From assembly GCF_009914755.1 (NCBI RefSeq), contig NC_060948.1: a stretch of 64,000 nt of DNA; one strand, written 5' to 3'. Position numbers and translations under genes: made by a program. This DNA comes from the human T2T-CHM13v2.0 reference genome, Homo sapiens. The notes beneath the pieces are model-generated. The model saw only the letters and a program-made list of their open reading frames with translations, did no database searches and was not told where the DNA came from. Shown here piece after piece: positions 24,882 through 38,500 of the stretch; position 1 is the first letter of the stretch; every line of letters starts with the position of its first letter.

Positions 24882-27800
24882 GAAAGGCTGGGTGTCGAAA
24901 GGAATTGACTGCAATGGAATGGAATCGAATGGAATGGAAGTGAATAGAATCGAACTAAATCGAATGGAATGGAATTGATAGGAACGGAATGGAAAGGAAT
25001 GCAATGATTTGGCATGGAATGGAATCGAATGGCATCAAATGGAATGGAATGGAATGCAATGGAATGGAATGTATTAGAATGTAATGAACATTAATGGAAT
25101 GTACTCGAATGGATTCGACTGGAATGGAATGTTCTGGAAGTGAATGGACTCCAATGGAATGGATTCGAAAGGAATGGAATCGAACGGAATGGAATCTAAT
25201 GGAATGGAATTAAATGGAAATGAATCAAATTGAATAGCACGGAATTGAATTGAATGGAATCGAATGCAATGGAATCTAATGAAACGGAAAGGAAAGAATG
25301 GAATGGAATGGAATGGGCTGGAATGGAAAGGAATCGAAACGAATGGAATGGAATCGAACTGAAGAGACTGGAATGGAATGCACTGGAATGGAAGGGAGTG
25401 TAATGGAAGGTTCTCGAAAAAAATGGAATCGAATGGAATGGAATTGAATGGAACGGAATAGAGTCGCATGGAATTGAATGGAGTGGAATGGACTAGAGTG
25501 AAATGGAATCGAACGAAAAGGAATGGACAGGAATGGAATGGTCTCGAATTGAATGGAATCGTATGGAATGGCATCAAACGGAATGGAATGGACAGCCACG
25601 GAATGGAATGCACTCGAATGCAATGGAGTCGAAACTAATGGACTGGAATAGAATGGACTCGACCGGTATGGACTCCAATGGAATGGAATCGAATGGAAGG
25701 GAATCGAACGGAATGGACTCGAAGGGAAAAGACTGCAATGGAAAGGTCTCGAATGGAATGGAAATTAATGGAATGGAATGGAATCGAATGAAATGGAGTC
25801 AAAAGGAATGGAATCGAATGGCAAGAAATCGAATGTAATGGAATCGCAAGGAATTGATGTGAACGGAACGGAATGGAATGGAATCCAAAGGAATGGAATA
25901 GAATGGAATGGAATCGAATGGAAAGGACTCGAATGGAAATCACTCGAATAGAATGCAATTTAATAAAATAGGATCAAATGTAATGGAATGGAATGGAAAG
26001 GAATCGAAACGGAAGGAATGGAGACAGATGGAATGGAATGGAACAGAGAGCAATGGTATAGAATGGAATGGAATCATCTGGAATGGAATTGAATGGAATG
26101 GAATAATATGAAATGGAATGGAATGGAATGGAATGGAATGGAATGGAATGCCCTTGAATTAAATGGACTGGACTCGAACAGAGTGGAATGGAAAGTGTTG
26201 AGATAGAATGGAATGGACTCCTTTGGAATGGTGTACTATGCAATGCAATCGACTGGCAGGGAATCAAAAGGAATGTAATCGAATGGATTGGACTGGAATG
26301 CAATGGACTCGAATAGATTGGAAACGGAATGCAAAGGAATGGAATGGAATAGTATGGAATGCAATGGAAGGGAATGGAGTGGAATAGACTAGAGTGGAAT
26401 GGAATGGACTGGAAAGCAATGGACTGGAATGGAACTTTCTTGGATGGACTGGAATCAAACGGAATGGAATGCAATGCAATCAAATGGCATGGAATAAAAT
26501 AGAATGAAAGAGAATCAAATGGAATTGAATCGAATGGAATCGAATGGATTGGAAAGGAATAGAATGGAATGGAATGGAATTGACTCAAATGGAATGGACT
26601 AGAATGGAATGGATTCGAATGGAAGGCAAAGGAATGGAATCTATTGGAATGGACTGTAATGGAATGGAATGGAAGGGATTGGAATGGACTCGAATGGAAT
26701 GGACTGCAATAGAAAGGATTCGAATGGAATGAAAAAGAATTGAATGGAATAGAACAGAATGGAATCAAATCGAATGAAATGGAATGGAATAGAAAGGAAT
26801 GGAATGAAATGGAATGGAAAGGATTCGAATGGAATGCAATCGAATGGAATGGAATCGAACGGAATGGAATAAAATGGAAGAAAACTGGCAAGAAATGGAA
26901 TCGAAATGAATGGAGTGTTATGGAATGGACTCAAAAGGAATTGAATGTAATAGAATGGAGTGGAGTGGACTCGAATATAATGGACTGGAATGGAATGAAA
27001 TCACATGGAATGGGAACGAATGGAATGGAATGGAAAGGAATGGAATCGAATGGAAAGGAATCGAATGGAAGGGAATGAAATTGAATCAACAGGAATGGGA
27101 GGGAATAGAATAGACTGTAATGGAATGGACTCGAATAGAATGGACACGAATGCTCAAATTAAATTGACTCGAATGGAATGGAAACGAAAGGAATGTCATC
27201 GAATGGAATTGAATCGATTGGAATGAAATTGCATAGAATGGAGTGGAATCAAATGGAATTGAATCGAAAGGAAAGGAAGCGAATGGACTGAAATGAAATG
27301 GAATGGAATTGAATGGAAAGTAATGCAATGGAATAGAATGGAACGAAATTTCACGGAATGGAATCAAACTGAATGGAATCAAATCAATGGAATCAAATCA
27401 AATGGAATTGAAAGGAATTGAATGGAGTAGATGGGATTGGATGGGATTGGAATGAAATGTACTGGAAAGGACTCGAATTTCATGAAACGGAATGGAATGA
27501 ATTGGAAAGGAATGGACTCGAATGGAATGGAATGTCATGGAATGGCATCAAATGGAATGGCATCAAATGGAATGGAATCGAATGCAATGGAATGCTGTGG
27601 AATGGAATGGAATGCATTGGAATGGAATGTCCTCTAATGGAATGGATTCGAGTGGAATGGAATTGAATATAATGGAGTCGAATGAAATGGAATTGAAAGG
27701 AATGGGATCGAATACAATGGAATATACTGGAATGTAACGTAATGAACTCGAATGTAATTGACTGGAATGGAATGTACATGAATGGAATGTAATCGAATGG

Positions 27801-28414
27801 AAAGTAGTCCAATGGAATAGAATCTAATGCAATAAAATCGACTCAGATAGAGTAGAATGTAATGGAATGGAGTGCAGTGCAATGGAATGGAATGGAATGG
27901 AATGGAATGGAATGGAATGGGATGGAATGGTATGGAATGGATAGTAATGGACTGGAGTGAAATGGACTGGAAAGGAATGGACTCAAATTGAAAGGTCTCG
28001 AAAGGAATGGAGTCAAATGGAATGGTCTGGAATGGAATGAACACGAATGTAATGCAATCCAATAGAATGGAATCGAATGGCATGGAATATAAAGAAATGG
28101 AATCGAAGAGAATGGAAACAAATGGAATGAAATTGAATGGAATGGAATTGAATGGAATGTGAACGAATGGAGTGAAATTGTATGCAGTAGAAGAGAATAG
28201 AATGGAATGCAAGCGAAAGGAAAGGAATGGATTGGAATGGAATGGAATTCATTGGAATGGAAGGGAATGTAGTGTAATGGACAGGCCTGGAATAAAGTGG
28301 AATGCTACGGTCTCGAATGGAATAAAAATGTATGGAATGGAATGCAATGAAACGGAATCGAATGTCATAGAATGTAATGGAATGCAAAAAAATGGAATCC
28401 AAAATCATTGAATG
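24882..28414 (+). repeat. DYZ1 unit 8 (3,533 bp; type B)
   Basis: Same markers as units 2 and 5, with two extra GGAAT before GCCCTTG and a private ACCGGT at 25662. Confidence 0.92.
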
Positions 28415-31400
28415 GAAAGGCTGGGTGTCGAAAGGAATTGACTCCAATGGAATGGAATCGAATGGAATGGAAGTGAATAGAATCGAACTAAATCGAATGG
28501 AATGGAATTGATAGGAACGGAATGGAAAGGATTGCAATGATTTGGCATGGAATGGAATCGAATGGCATCGAATGGAATGGAATGGAATGCAATGGAATGG
28601 AATGTATTAGAATGTAATGAACTTTAATGGAATGTACTCGAATGGATTCGACTGGAATGGAATGTTCTGGAAGTGAATGGACTCCAATGGAATGGATTCA
28701 AAAGGAATGGAATCGTACGGAATGGAATCTAATGGAATGGAATTAAATGGAAATGAATCAAATTGAATAGCACGGAATTGAATTGAATGGAATGGAATGC
28801 AATGGAATCTAATGAAACGGAAAGGAAAGGAATGGAATGGAATGGAATGGGCTGGAATGGAAAGGAATCGAAACGAATGGAATGGAATCGAAGTGAAGAG
28901 ACTGGAATGGTATGCACTGGAATGGAAGGGAGTGTAATGGAAGGTTCTCGAAAAAAATGGAATCGAATGGAATGCAATTGAATGGAACGGAATAGAGTCG
29001 AATGGAATTGAATGGAATGGAATGGACTAGAGTGAAATGGAATCGAACCACAAGGAATGGACAGGAATAGAATGGTCTCGAATTGAATGGAATCGTATGG
29101 AATGGCATCAAACGGAATGGAATGGACAGCCACGGAATGGAATGCACTCGAATGCAATGGAGTCGAAACTAATGGACTGGAATAGAATGGACTCGACTGG
29201 TACGGACTCCAATGGAATGGAATCGAATGGAAGGGAATCGAACGTAATGGACTCGAAGGGAAAAGACTGCAATGGAAAGGTCTCGAATGGAATGGAAATT
29301 AATGGAATGGAATGGAATCGAATGAAATGGAGTCAAAAGGAATGGAATCGAATGGCAAGAAATCGAATGTAATGGAATCGCAAGGAATTGATGTGAACGG
29401 AACGGAATGGAATGGAATCCAAAGGAATGGAATAGAATGGAATGGAAACGAATGGAAAGGACTCCAATGGAAATCACTCGAATAGAATGCAATTTAATAA
29501 AATAGGATCAAATGTAATAGAATGGAATGGAAAGGAATCGAAACGGAAGGAATGGAGACAGATGGAATGGAATGGAACAGAGAGCAATGGTATAGAATGG
29601 AATGGAATCATCTGGAATGGAATTGAATGGAATGGAATGATATGAAATGGAATGGAATGGAATGGAATGGAATGCCCTTGAATTAAATGGACTGGACTCG
29701 AACAGAGTGGAATGGAAAGTGTTGAGATAGAATGGAATGGACTCCTTTGGAATGGTGTAGTATGCAATGCAATCGACTGGCAGGGAATCAAAAGGAATGT
29801 AATCGAATGGATTGGACTGGAATGCAATGGACTCGAATAGATTGGAAACGGAATGCAAAGGAATGGAATGGAATAGTATGGAATGCAATGGAAGGGAATG
29901 GAGTGGAATAGACTAGAGTGGAATGGAATGGACTGGAAAGCAATGGAGTGGAATGGAACTTTCTTGGATGGACTGGAATCAAACGGAATGGAATGCAATG
30001 CAATCAAATGGCATGGAATAAAATAGAATGAAAGAGAATCAAATGGAATTGAATCGAATGGAATCGAATGGATTGGAAAGGAATAGAATGGAATGGAATG
30101 GAATTGACTCAAATGGAATGGACTAGAATGGAATGGATTCGAATGGAAGGCAAAGGAATGGAATCTATTGGAATGGACTGTAATGGAATGGAATGGAAGG
30201 GATTGGAATGGACTCGAATGGAATGGACTGCAATAGAAAGGATTCGAATGGAATGAAAAAGAATTGAATGGAATAGAACAGAATGGAATCAAATCGAATG
30301 GAATGGAATGGAATAGAAAGGAATGGAATGAAATGGAATGGAAAGGATTCGAATGGAATGCAATCGAATGGAATGGAATCGAACGGAATGGAATAAAATG
30401 GAAGAAAACTGGCAAGAAATGGAATCGAAATGAATGGAGTGTTATGGAACGGACTCAAAAGGAATTGAATGTAATAGAATGGAGTGGAGTGGACTCGAAT
30501 ATAATGGACTGGAATGGAATGAAATCACATGGAATGGGAACGAATGGAATGGAATGGAAAGGAATGGAATCGAATGGAAAGGAATCGAATGGAAGGGAAT
30601 GAAATTGAATCAACAGGAATGGAAGGGAATAGAATAGACTGTAATGGAATGGACTCGAATAGAATGGACACGAATGCTCAAATTAAATGGACTCGAATGG
30701 AATGGAAACGAAAGGAATGTCATCGAATGGAATTGAATCGATTGGAATGAAATCGCATAGAATGGAGTGGAATCAAATGGAATTGAATCGAAAGGAAAGG
30801 AAGCGAATGGACTGAAATGAAATGGAATGGAATTGAATGGAAAGTAATGCAATGGAATAGAATGGAACGAAATTTCACGGAATGGAATCAAACTGAATGG
30901 AATCAAATCAATGGAATCAAATCAAATGGAATGGAAAGGAATTGAATGGAGTAGATGGGATTGGATGGGATTGGAATGAAATGTACTGGAAAGGACTCGA
31001 ATTTCATGAAACGGAATGGAATGAATTGGAACGGAATGGACTCGAATGGAATGGAATGTCATGGAATGGCATCAAATGGAATGGCATCAAATGGAATGGA
31101 ATCGAATGCAATGGAATGCTATGGAATGGAATGGAATGCATTGGAATGGAATGTCCTCTAATGGAATGGATTCGAGTGGAATGGAATTGAATGTAATGGA
31201 GTCGAATGAAATGGAATTGAAAGGAATGGGATCGAATACAATGGAATATACTGGAATGTAACGTAATGAACTCGAATGTAATTGACTGGAATGGAATGTA
31301 CATGAATGGAATGTAATCGAATGGAAAGTAATCCAATGGAATAGAATCTAATGCAATAAAATCGACTCAGATAGAGTAGAATGTAATGGAATGGAGTGCA

Positions 31401-31978
31401 GTGCAATGGAATGGAATGGAATGGAATGCAATGGAATGGAATGGAATGGAATGGAATGGAATGGAATGGAATGGAATGGAATGGGATGGAATGGTATGGA
31501 ATGGATAGTAATGGACTGGAATGAAATGGACTGGAAAAGAATGGACTCAAATTGAAAGGGCTCGAAAGGAATGGAGTCAAATGGAATGGTCTGGAATGGA
31601 ATGAACACGAATGTAATGCAATCCAATAGAATGGAATCGAATGGCATGGAATATAAAGAAATGGAATCGAAGAGAATGGAAACAAATGGAATGGAATTGA
31701 ATGGAATGGAATTGAATGGAATGGGAACGAATGGAGTGAAATTGTATGCAGTAGAAGAGAATAGAATGGAATGCAAGCGAAAGGAAAGGAATGGATTGCA
31801 ATGGAATGGAATTCATTGGAATGGAAGGGAATGTAGTGTAATGGACAGGCCTGGAATAAAGTGGAATGCTACGGTCTCGAATGGAATAAAAATGTATGGA
31901 ATGGAATGCAATGAAACGGAATCGAATGTCATAGAATGTAATGGAATGCAAAAAAATGGAATCCAAAATCATTGACTG
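28415..31978 (+). repeat. DYZ1 unit 9 (3,564 bp; type C)
   Basis: Same markers as units 3 and 6. Confidence 0.92.
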
Positions 31979-34900
31979 GAAAGGCTGGGTGTCGAAAGGA
32001 ATTGACTCCAATGGAATGGAATCGAATGGAATGGAAGTGAATAGAATCGAACTAAATCGAATGGAATGGAATTGATAGGAACGGAATGGAAAGGAATGCA
32101 ATGATTTGGCATGGAATGGAATCGAATGGCATCGAATGGAATGGAATGGAATGCAATGGAATGGAATGTATTAGAATGTAATGAACATTAATGGAATGTA
32201 CTCGAATGGATTCGACTGGAATGGAATGTTCTGGAAGTGAATGGACTCCAATGGAATGGATTCGAAAGGAATGGAATCGAACGGAATGGAATCTAATGGA
32301 ATGGAATTAAATGGAAATGATTCAAATTGAATAGCACGGAATTGAATTGAATGGAATGGAATGCAATGGAATCTAATGAAACGGAAAGGAAAGGAATGGA
32401 ATGGAATGGAATGGGCTGGAATGGAAAGGAATCGAAACGAATGGAATGGAATCGAACTGAAGAGACTGGAATGGAATGCACTGGAATGGAAGGGAGTGTA
32501 ATGGAAGGTTCTCGAAAATAATGGAAGCAAATGGAATGGAATTGAATGGAACGGAATAGAGTCGAATGGAATTGAATGGAATGGAATGGACTAGAGTGAA
32601 ATGGAATCGAACCACAAGGAATGGACAGGAATAGAATGGTCTCGAATTGAATGGAATCGTATGGAATGGCATCAAACGGAATGGAATGGACAGCCACGGA
32701 ATGGAATGCACTCGAATGCAATGGAGTCGAAACTTATGGACTGGAATAGAATGGACTCGACTGGTACGGACTCCAATGGAATGGAATCGAATGGAAGGGA
32801 TTCGAACGGAATGGACTCGAAGGGAAAAGACTGCAATGGATAGGTCTCGAATGGAATGGAAATTAATGGAATGGAATGGAATCGAATGAAATGGAGTCAA
32901 AAGGAATGGAATCGAATGGCAAGAAATCGAATGTAATGGAATCGCAAGGAATTGATGTGAACGGAACGGAATGGAATGGAATCCAAAGGAATGGAATAGA
33001 ATGGAATGGAATCGAATGGAAAGGACTCGAATGGAAATCACTCGAATAGAATGAAATTTAATAAAATAGGATCAAATGTAATTGAATGGAATGGAAAGGA
33101 ATCGAAACGAAAGGAATGGAGACAGATGGAATGGAATGGAACAGAGAGCAATGGTATAGAATGGAATGGAATCATCTGGAATGGAATTGAATGGAATGGA
33201 ATAATATGAAATGGAATGGAATGGAATGGAATGGAATGCCCTTGAATTAAATGGACTGGAATGGAATGGACTCGAACAGAGTGGAATGGAAAGTGTTGAG
33301 ATAGAATGGAATGGACTCCTTTGGAATGGTCTAGTATGCAATGCAATCGACTGGCAGGGAATCAAAAGGAATGTAATCGAATGGATTAGACTGGAATGCA
33401 ATGGACTCGAATAGATTGGAAACGGAATGCAAAGGAATGGAATGGAATAGTATGGAATGGAATGGAAAGGAATGGAGTGGAATAGACTAGAGTGGAATGG
33501 AATGGACTGGAAAGCAATGGACTGGAATGGAACTTTCTTGAATGGACTGGAATCAAACGGAATGGAATGCAATGCAATCAAATGGCATGGAATAAAATAG
33601 AATGAAAGAGAATCAAATGGAATTGAATCGAATGGAATCGAATGGATTGGAAAGGAATAGAATGGAATGGAATGGAATGGACTCAAATGGAATGGACTAG
33701 AATGGAATGGATTCGAATGGAAGGCAAAGGAATGGAATCTATTGGAATGGACTGTAATGGAATGGAATGGAAGGGATTGGAATGGACTCGAATGGAATGG
33801 ACTGCAATAGAAAGGATTCGAATGGAATGAAAAAGAATTGAATGGAATAGAACAGAATGGAATCAAATCGAATGAAATGGAATGGAATAGAAAGGAATGG
33901 AATGAAATGGAATGGAAAGGATTCGAATGGAATGCAATCGAATGGAATGGAATCGAACGGAATGGAATAAAATGGAAGAAAACTGGCAAGAAATGGAATC
34001 GAAATGAATGGAGTGTTATGGAACGGACTCAAAAGGAATTGAATGTAATAGAATGGAGTGGAGTGGACTCGAATATAATGGACTGGAATGGAATGAAATC
34101 ACATGGAATGGGAACGAATGGAATGGAATGGAAAGGAATGGAATCGAATGGAAAGGAATCGAATGGAAGGGAATGAAATTGAATCAACAGGAATGGAAGG
34201 GAATAGAATAGACGGTAATGGAATGGACTCGAATAGAATGGACACGAATGCTCAAATTGAATGGACTCGAATGGAATGGAAACGAAAGGAATGTCATCGA
34301 ATGGAATTGAATCGATTGGAATGAAATCGCATAGAATGGAGTGGAATCAAATGGAATTGAATCGAAAGGAAAGGAAGCGAATGGACTGAAATGAAATGGA
34401 ATGGAATTGAATGGAAAGTAATGCAATGGAATAGAATGGAACGAAATTTCACGGAATGGAATCAAACTGAATGGAATCAAATCAATGGAATCAAATCAAA
34501 TGGAATGGAAAGGAATTGAATGGAGTAGATTGGATTGGATGGGATTGGAATGAAATGTACTGGAAAGGACTCGAATTTCATGAAACGGAATGGAATGAAT
34601 TGGAACGGAATGGACTCGAATGGAATGGAATGTCATGGAATGGCATCAAATGGAATGGCATCAAATGGAATGGAATCGAATGCAATGGAATGCTATGGAA
34701 TGGAATGGAATGCATTGGAATGGAATGTCCTCTAATGGAATGGATTCGAGTGGAATGGAATCGAATATAATGGAGTCGAATGAAATGGAATTGAAAGGAA
34801 TGGGATCGAATACAATGGAATATACTGGAATGTAATGTAATGAACTCGAATGTAATTGACTGGAATGGAATGTACATGAATGGAATGTAATCGAATGGAA

Positions 34901-35537
34901 AGTAATCCAATGGAATAGAATCTAATGCAATAAAATCGACTCAGATAGAGTAGAATGTAATGGAATGGAGTGCAGTGCAATGGAATGGAATGGAATGGAA
35001 TGCAATGGAATGGAATGGAATGGAACGGAATGGAATGGAATGGGATGGAATGGTATGGAATGGACAGTAATGGACTGGAATGAAATGGACTGGAAAAGAA
35101 TGGACTCAAATTGAAAGGGCTCGAAAGGAATGGAGTCAAATGGAATAGTCTGGAATGGAATGAACACGAATGTAATGCAATCCAATAGAATGGAATCGAA
35201 TGGCATGGAATATAAAGAAATGGAATCGAAGAGAATGGAAACAAATGGAATGGAATTGAATGGAATGGAATTGAATGGAATGGGAACGAATGGAGTGAAA
35301 TTGTATGCAGTAGAAGAGAATAGAATGGAATGCAAGCGAAAGGAAAAGAATGGATTGCAATGGAATGGAATTCATTGGAATGGAAGGGAATGTAGTGTAA
35401 TGGACAGGCCTGGAATAAAGTGGAATGTTACGGTCTCGAATGGAATAAAAATGTATGGAATGGAATGCAATGAAACGGAATCGAATGTCATAGAATGTAA
35501 TGGAATGCAAAAAAATGGAATCCAAAATCATTGACTG
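31979..35537 (+). repeat. DYZ1 unit 10 (3,559 bp; D-type start, non-D end)
   Basis: D markers up to ~33680, but it retains GTACATGAAT at ~34872 that units 1, 4 and 7 lack. Confidence 0.9.
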
Positions 35538-38500
35538 GAAAGGCTGGTTGTCGAAAGGAATTGACTCCAATGGAATGGAATCGAATGGAATGGAAGTGAA
35601 TAGAATCGAACTAAATCGAATGGAATGGAATTGATAGGAACGGAATGGAAAGGAATGCAATGATTTGGCATGGAATGCAATCGAATGGCATCGAATGGAA
35701 TGGAATGGAATGCAATGGAATGGAATGTATTAGAATGTAATGAACATTAATGGAATGTACTCGAATGGATTCGACTGGAATGGAATGTTCTGGAAGTGAA
35801 TGGACTCCAATGGAATGGATTCGAAAGGAATGGAATCGAACGGAATGGAATCTAATGGAATGGAATTAAATGGAAATGAATCAAATTGAATAGCACGGAA
35901 TTGAATTGAATGGAATGGAATGCAATGGAATCTAATGAAACGGAAAGGAAAGGAATGGAATGGAATGGAATGGGCTGGAATGGAAAGGAATCGAAACGAA
36001 TGGAATGGAATCGAACTGAAGAGACTGGAATGGAATGCACTGGAATGGAAGGGAGTGTAATGGAAGGTTCTCGAAAATAATGGAAGCAAATGGAATGGAA
36101 TTGAATGGAACGGAATAGAGTCGAATGGAATTGAATGGAATGGAATGGACTAGAGTGAAATGGAATCGAACCACAAGGAATGGACAGGAATAGAATGGTC
36201 TCGAATTGAATGGAATCGTATGGAATGGCATCAAACGGAATGGAATGGACAGCCACGGAATGGAATGCACTCGAATGCAATGGAGTCGAAACTTATGGAC
36301 TGGAATAGAATGGACTCGACTGGTACGGACTCCAATGGAATGGAATCGAATGGAAGGGATTCGAACGGAATGGACTCGAAGGGAAAAGACTGCAATGGAA
36401 AGGTCTCTAATGGAATGGAAATTAATGGAATGGAATGGAATCGAATGAAATGGAGTCAAAAGGAATGGAATCGAATGGCAAGAAATCGAATGTAATGGAA
36501 TCGGAAGGAATTGATGTGAACGGAACGGAATGGAATGGAATCCAAAGGAATGGAATAGAATGGAATGGAATCGAATGGAAAGGACTCGAATGGAAATCAC
36601 TCGAATGGAATGAAATTTAATAAAATAGGATCAAATGTAATTGAATGGAATGGAAAGGAATCGAAACGAAAGGAATGGAGACAGATGGAATGGAATGGAA
36701 CAGAGAGCAATGGTATAGAATGGAATGGAATCATCTGGAATGGAATTGAATGGAATGGAATAATATGAAATGGAATGGAATGGAATGGAATGGAATGCCC
36801 TTGAATTAAATGGACTGGAATGGAATGGACTCGAACAGAGTGGAATGGAAAGTGTTGAGATAGAATGGAATGGACTCTTTTAGAATGGTCTAGTATGCAA
36901 TGCAATCGACTGGCAGGGAATCAAAAGGAATGTAATCGAATGGATTGGACTGGAATGCAATGGACTCGAATAGATTGGAAACGGAATGCAAAGGAATGGA
37001 ATGGAATAGTATGGAATGGAATGGAAAGGAATGGAGTGGAATAGACTAGAGTGGAATGGAATGGACTGGAAAGCAATGGACTGGAATGGAACTTTCTTGA
37101 ATGGACTGGAATCAAACGGAATGGAATGCAATGCAATCAAATGGCATGGAATAAAATAGAATGAAAGAGAATCAAATGGAATTGAATCGAATGGAATCGA
37201 ATGGATTGGAAAGGAATAGAATGGAATGGAATGGAATTGACTCAAATGGAATGGACTAGAATGGAATGGATTCGAATGGAAGGCAAAGGAATGGAATCTA
37301 TTGGAATGGACTGTAATGGAATGGAATGGAAGGGATTGGAATGGACTCGAATGGAATGGACTGCAATAGAAAGGATTCGAATGGAATGAAAAAGAATTGA
37401 ATGGAATAGAACAGAATGGAATCAAATCGAATGAAATGGAATGGAATAGAAAGGAATGGAATGAAATGGAATGGAAAGGATTCGAATGGAATGCAATCGA
37501 ATGGAATGGAATCGAACGGAATGGAATAGAATGGAAGAAAACTGGCAAGAAATGGAATCGAAATGAATGGAGTGTTATGGAACGGACTCAAAAGGAATTG
37601 AATGTAATAGAATGGAGTGGAGTGGACTCGAATATAATGAACTGGAATGGAATGAAATCACATGGAATGGGAACGAATGGAATGGAATGGAAAGGAATGG
37701 AATCGAATGGAAAGGAATCGAATGGAAGGGAATGAAATTGAATCAACAGGAATGGAAGGGAATAGAATAGACGGTAATGGAATGGACTCGAATAGAATGG
37801 ACACGAATGCTCAAATTGAATGGACTCGAATGGAATGGAAACAAAAGGAATGTCATCGAATGGAATTGAATCGATTGGAATGAAATCGCATAGAATGGAG
37901 TGGAATCAAATGGAATTGAATCGAAAGGAAAGGAAGCGAATGGACTGAAATGAAATGGAATGGAATTGAATGGAAAGTAATGCAATGGAATAGAATGGAA
38001 CGAAATTTCACGGAATGGAATCAAACTGAATGGAATCAAATCAATGGAATCAAATCAAATGGAATGGAAAGGAATTGAATGGAGTAGATTGGATTGGATG
38101 GGATTGGAATGAAATGTACTGGAAAGGACTCGAATTTCATGAAACGGAATGGAATGAATTGGAACGGAATGGACTCGGATGGAATGGAATGTCATGGAAT
38201 GGCATCAAATGGAATGGCATCAAATGGAATGGAATCGAATGCAATGGAATGCTATGGAATGGAATGGAATGCATTGGAATGGAATGTCCTCTAATGGAAT
38301 GGATTCGAGTGGAATGGAATCGAATATAATGGAGTCGAATGAAATGGAATTGAAAGGAATGGGATCGAATACAATGGAATATACTGGAATGTAATGTAAT
38401 GAACTCGAATGTAATTGACTGGAATGGAATGTACATGAATGGAATGTAATCGAATGGAAAGTAATCCAATGGAATAGAATCTAATGCAATAAAATCGACT

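Larger units (their letters stand above)
1960..34860 (+). repeat. Three-unit higher-order repeat (B-C-D), period 10,651-10,656 bp, about 3 copies; boundaries approximate
   Basis: Unit lengths run 3523/3564/3559, 3528/3564/3559, 3533/3564/3559. Diagnostic variants recur every third unit, and ORF-track starts recur at +10651/+10656 (e.g. 8761, 19412, 30068). Confidence 0.92.
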
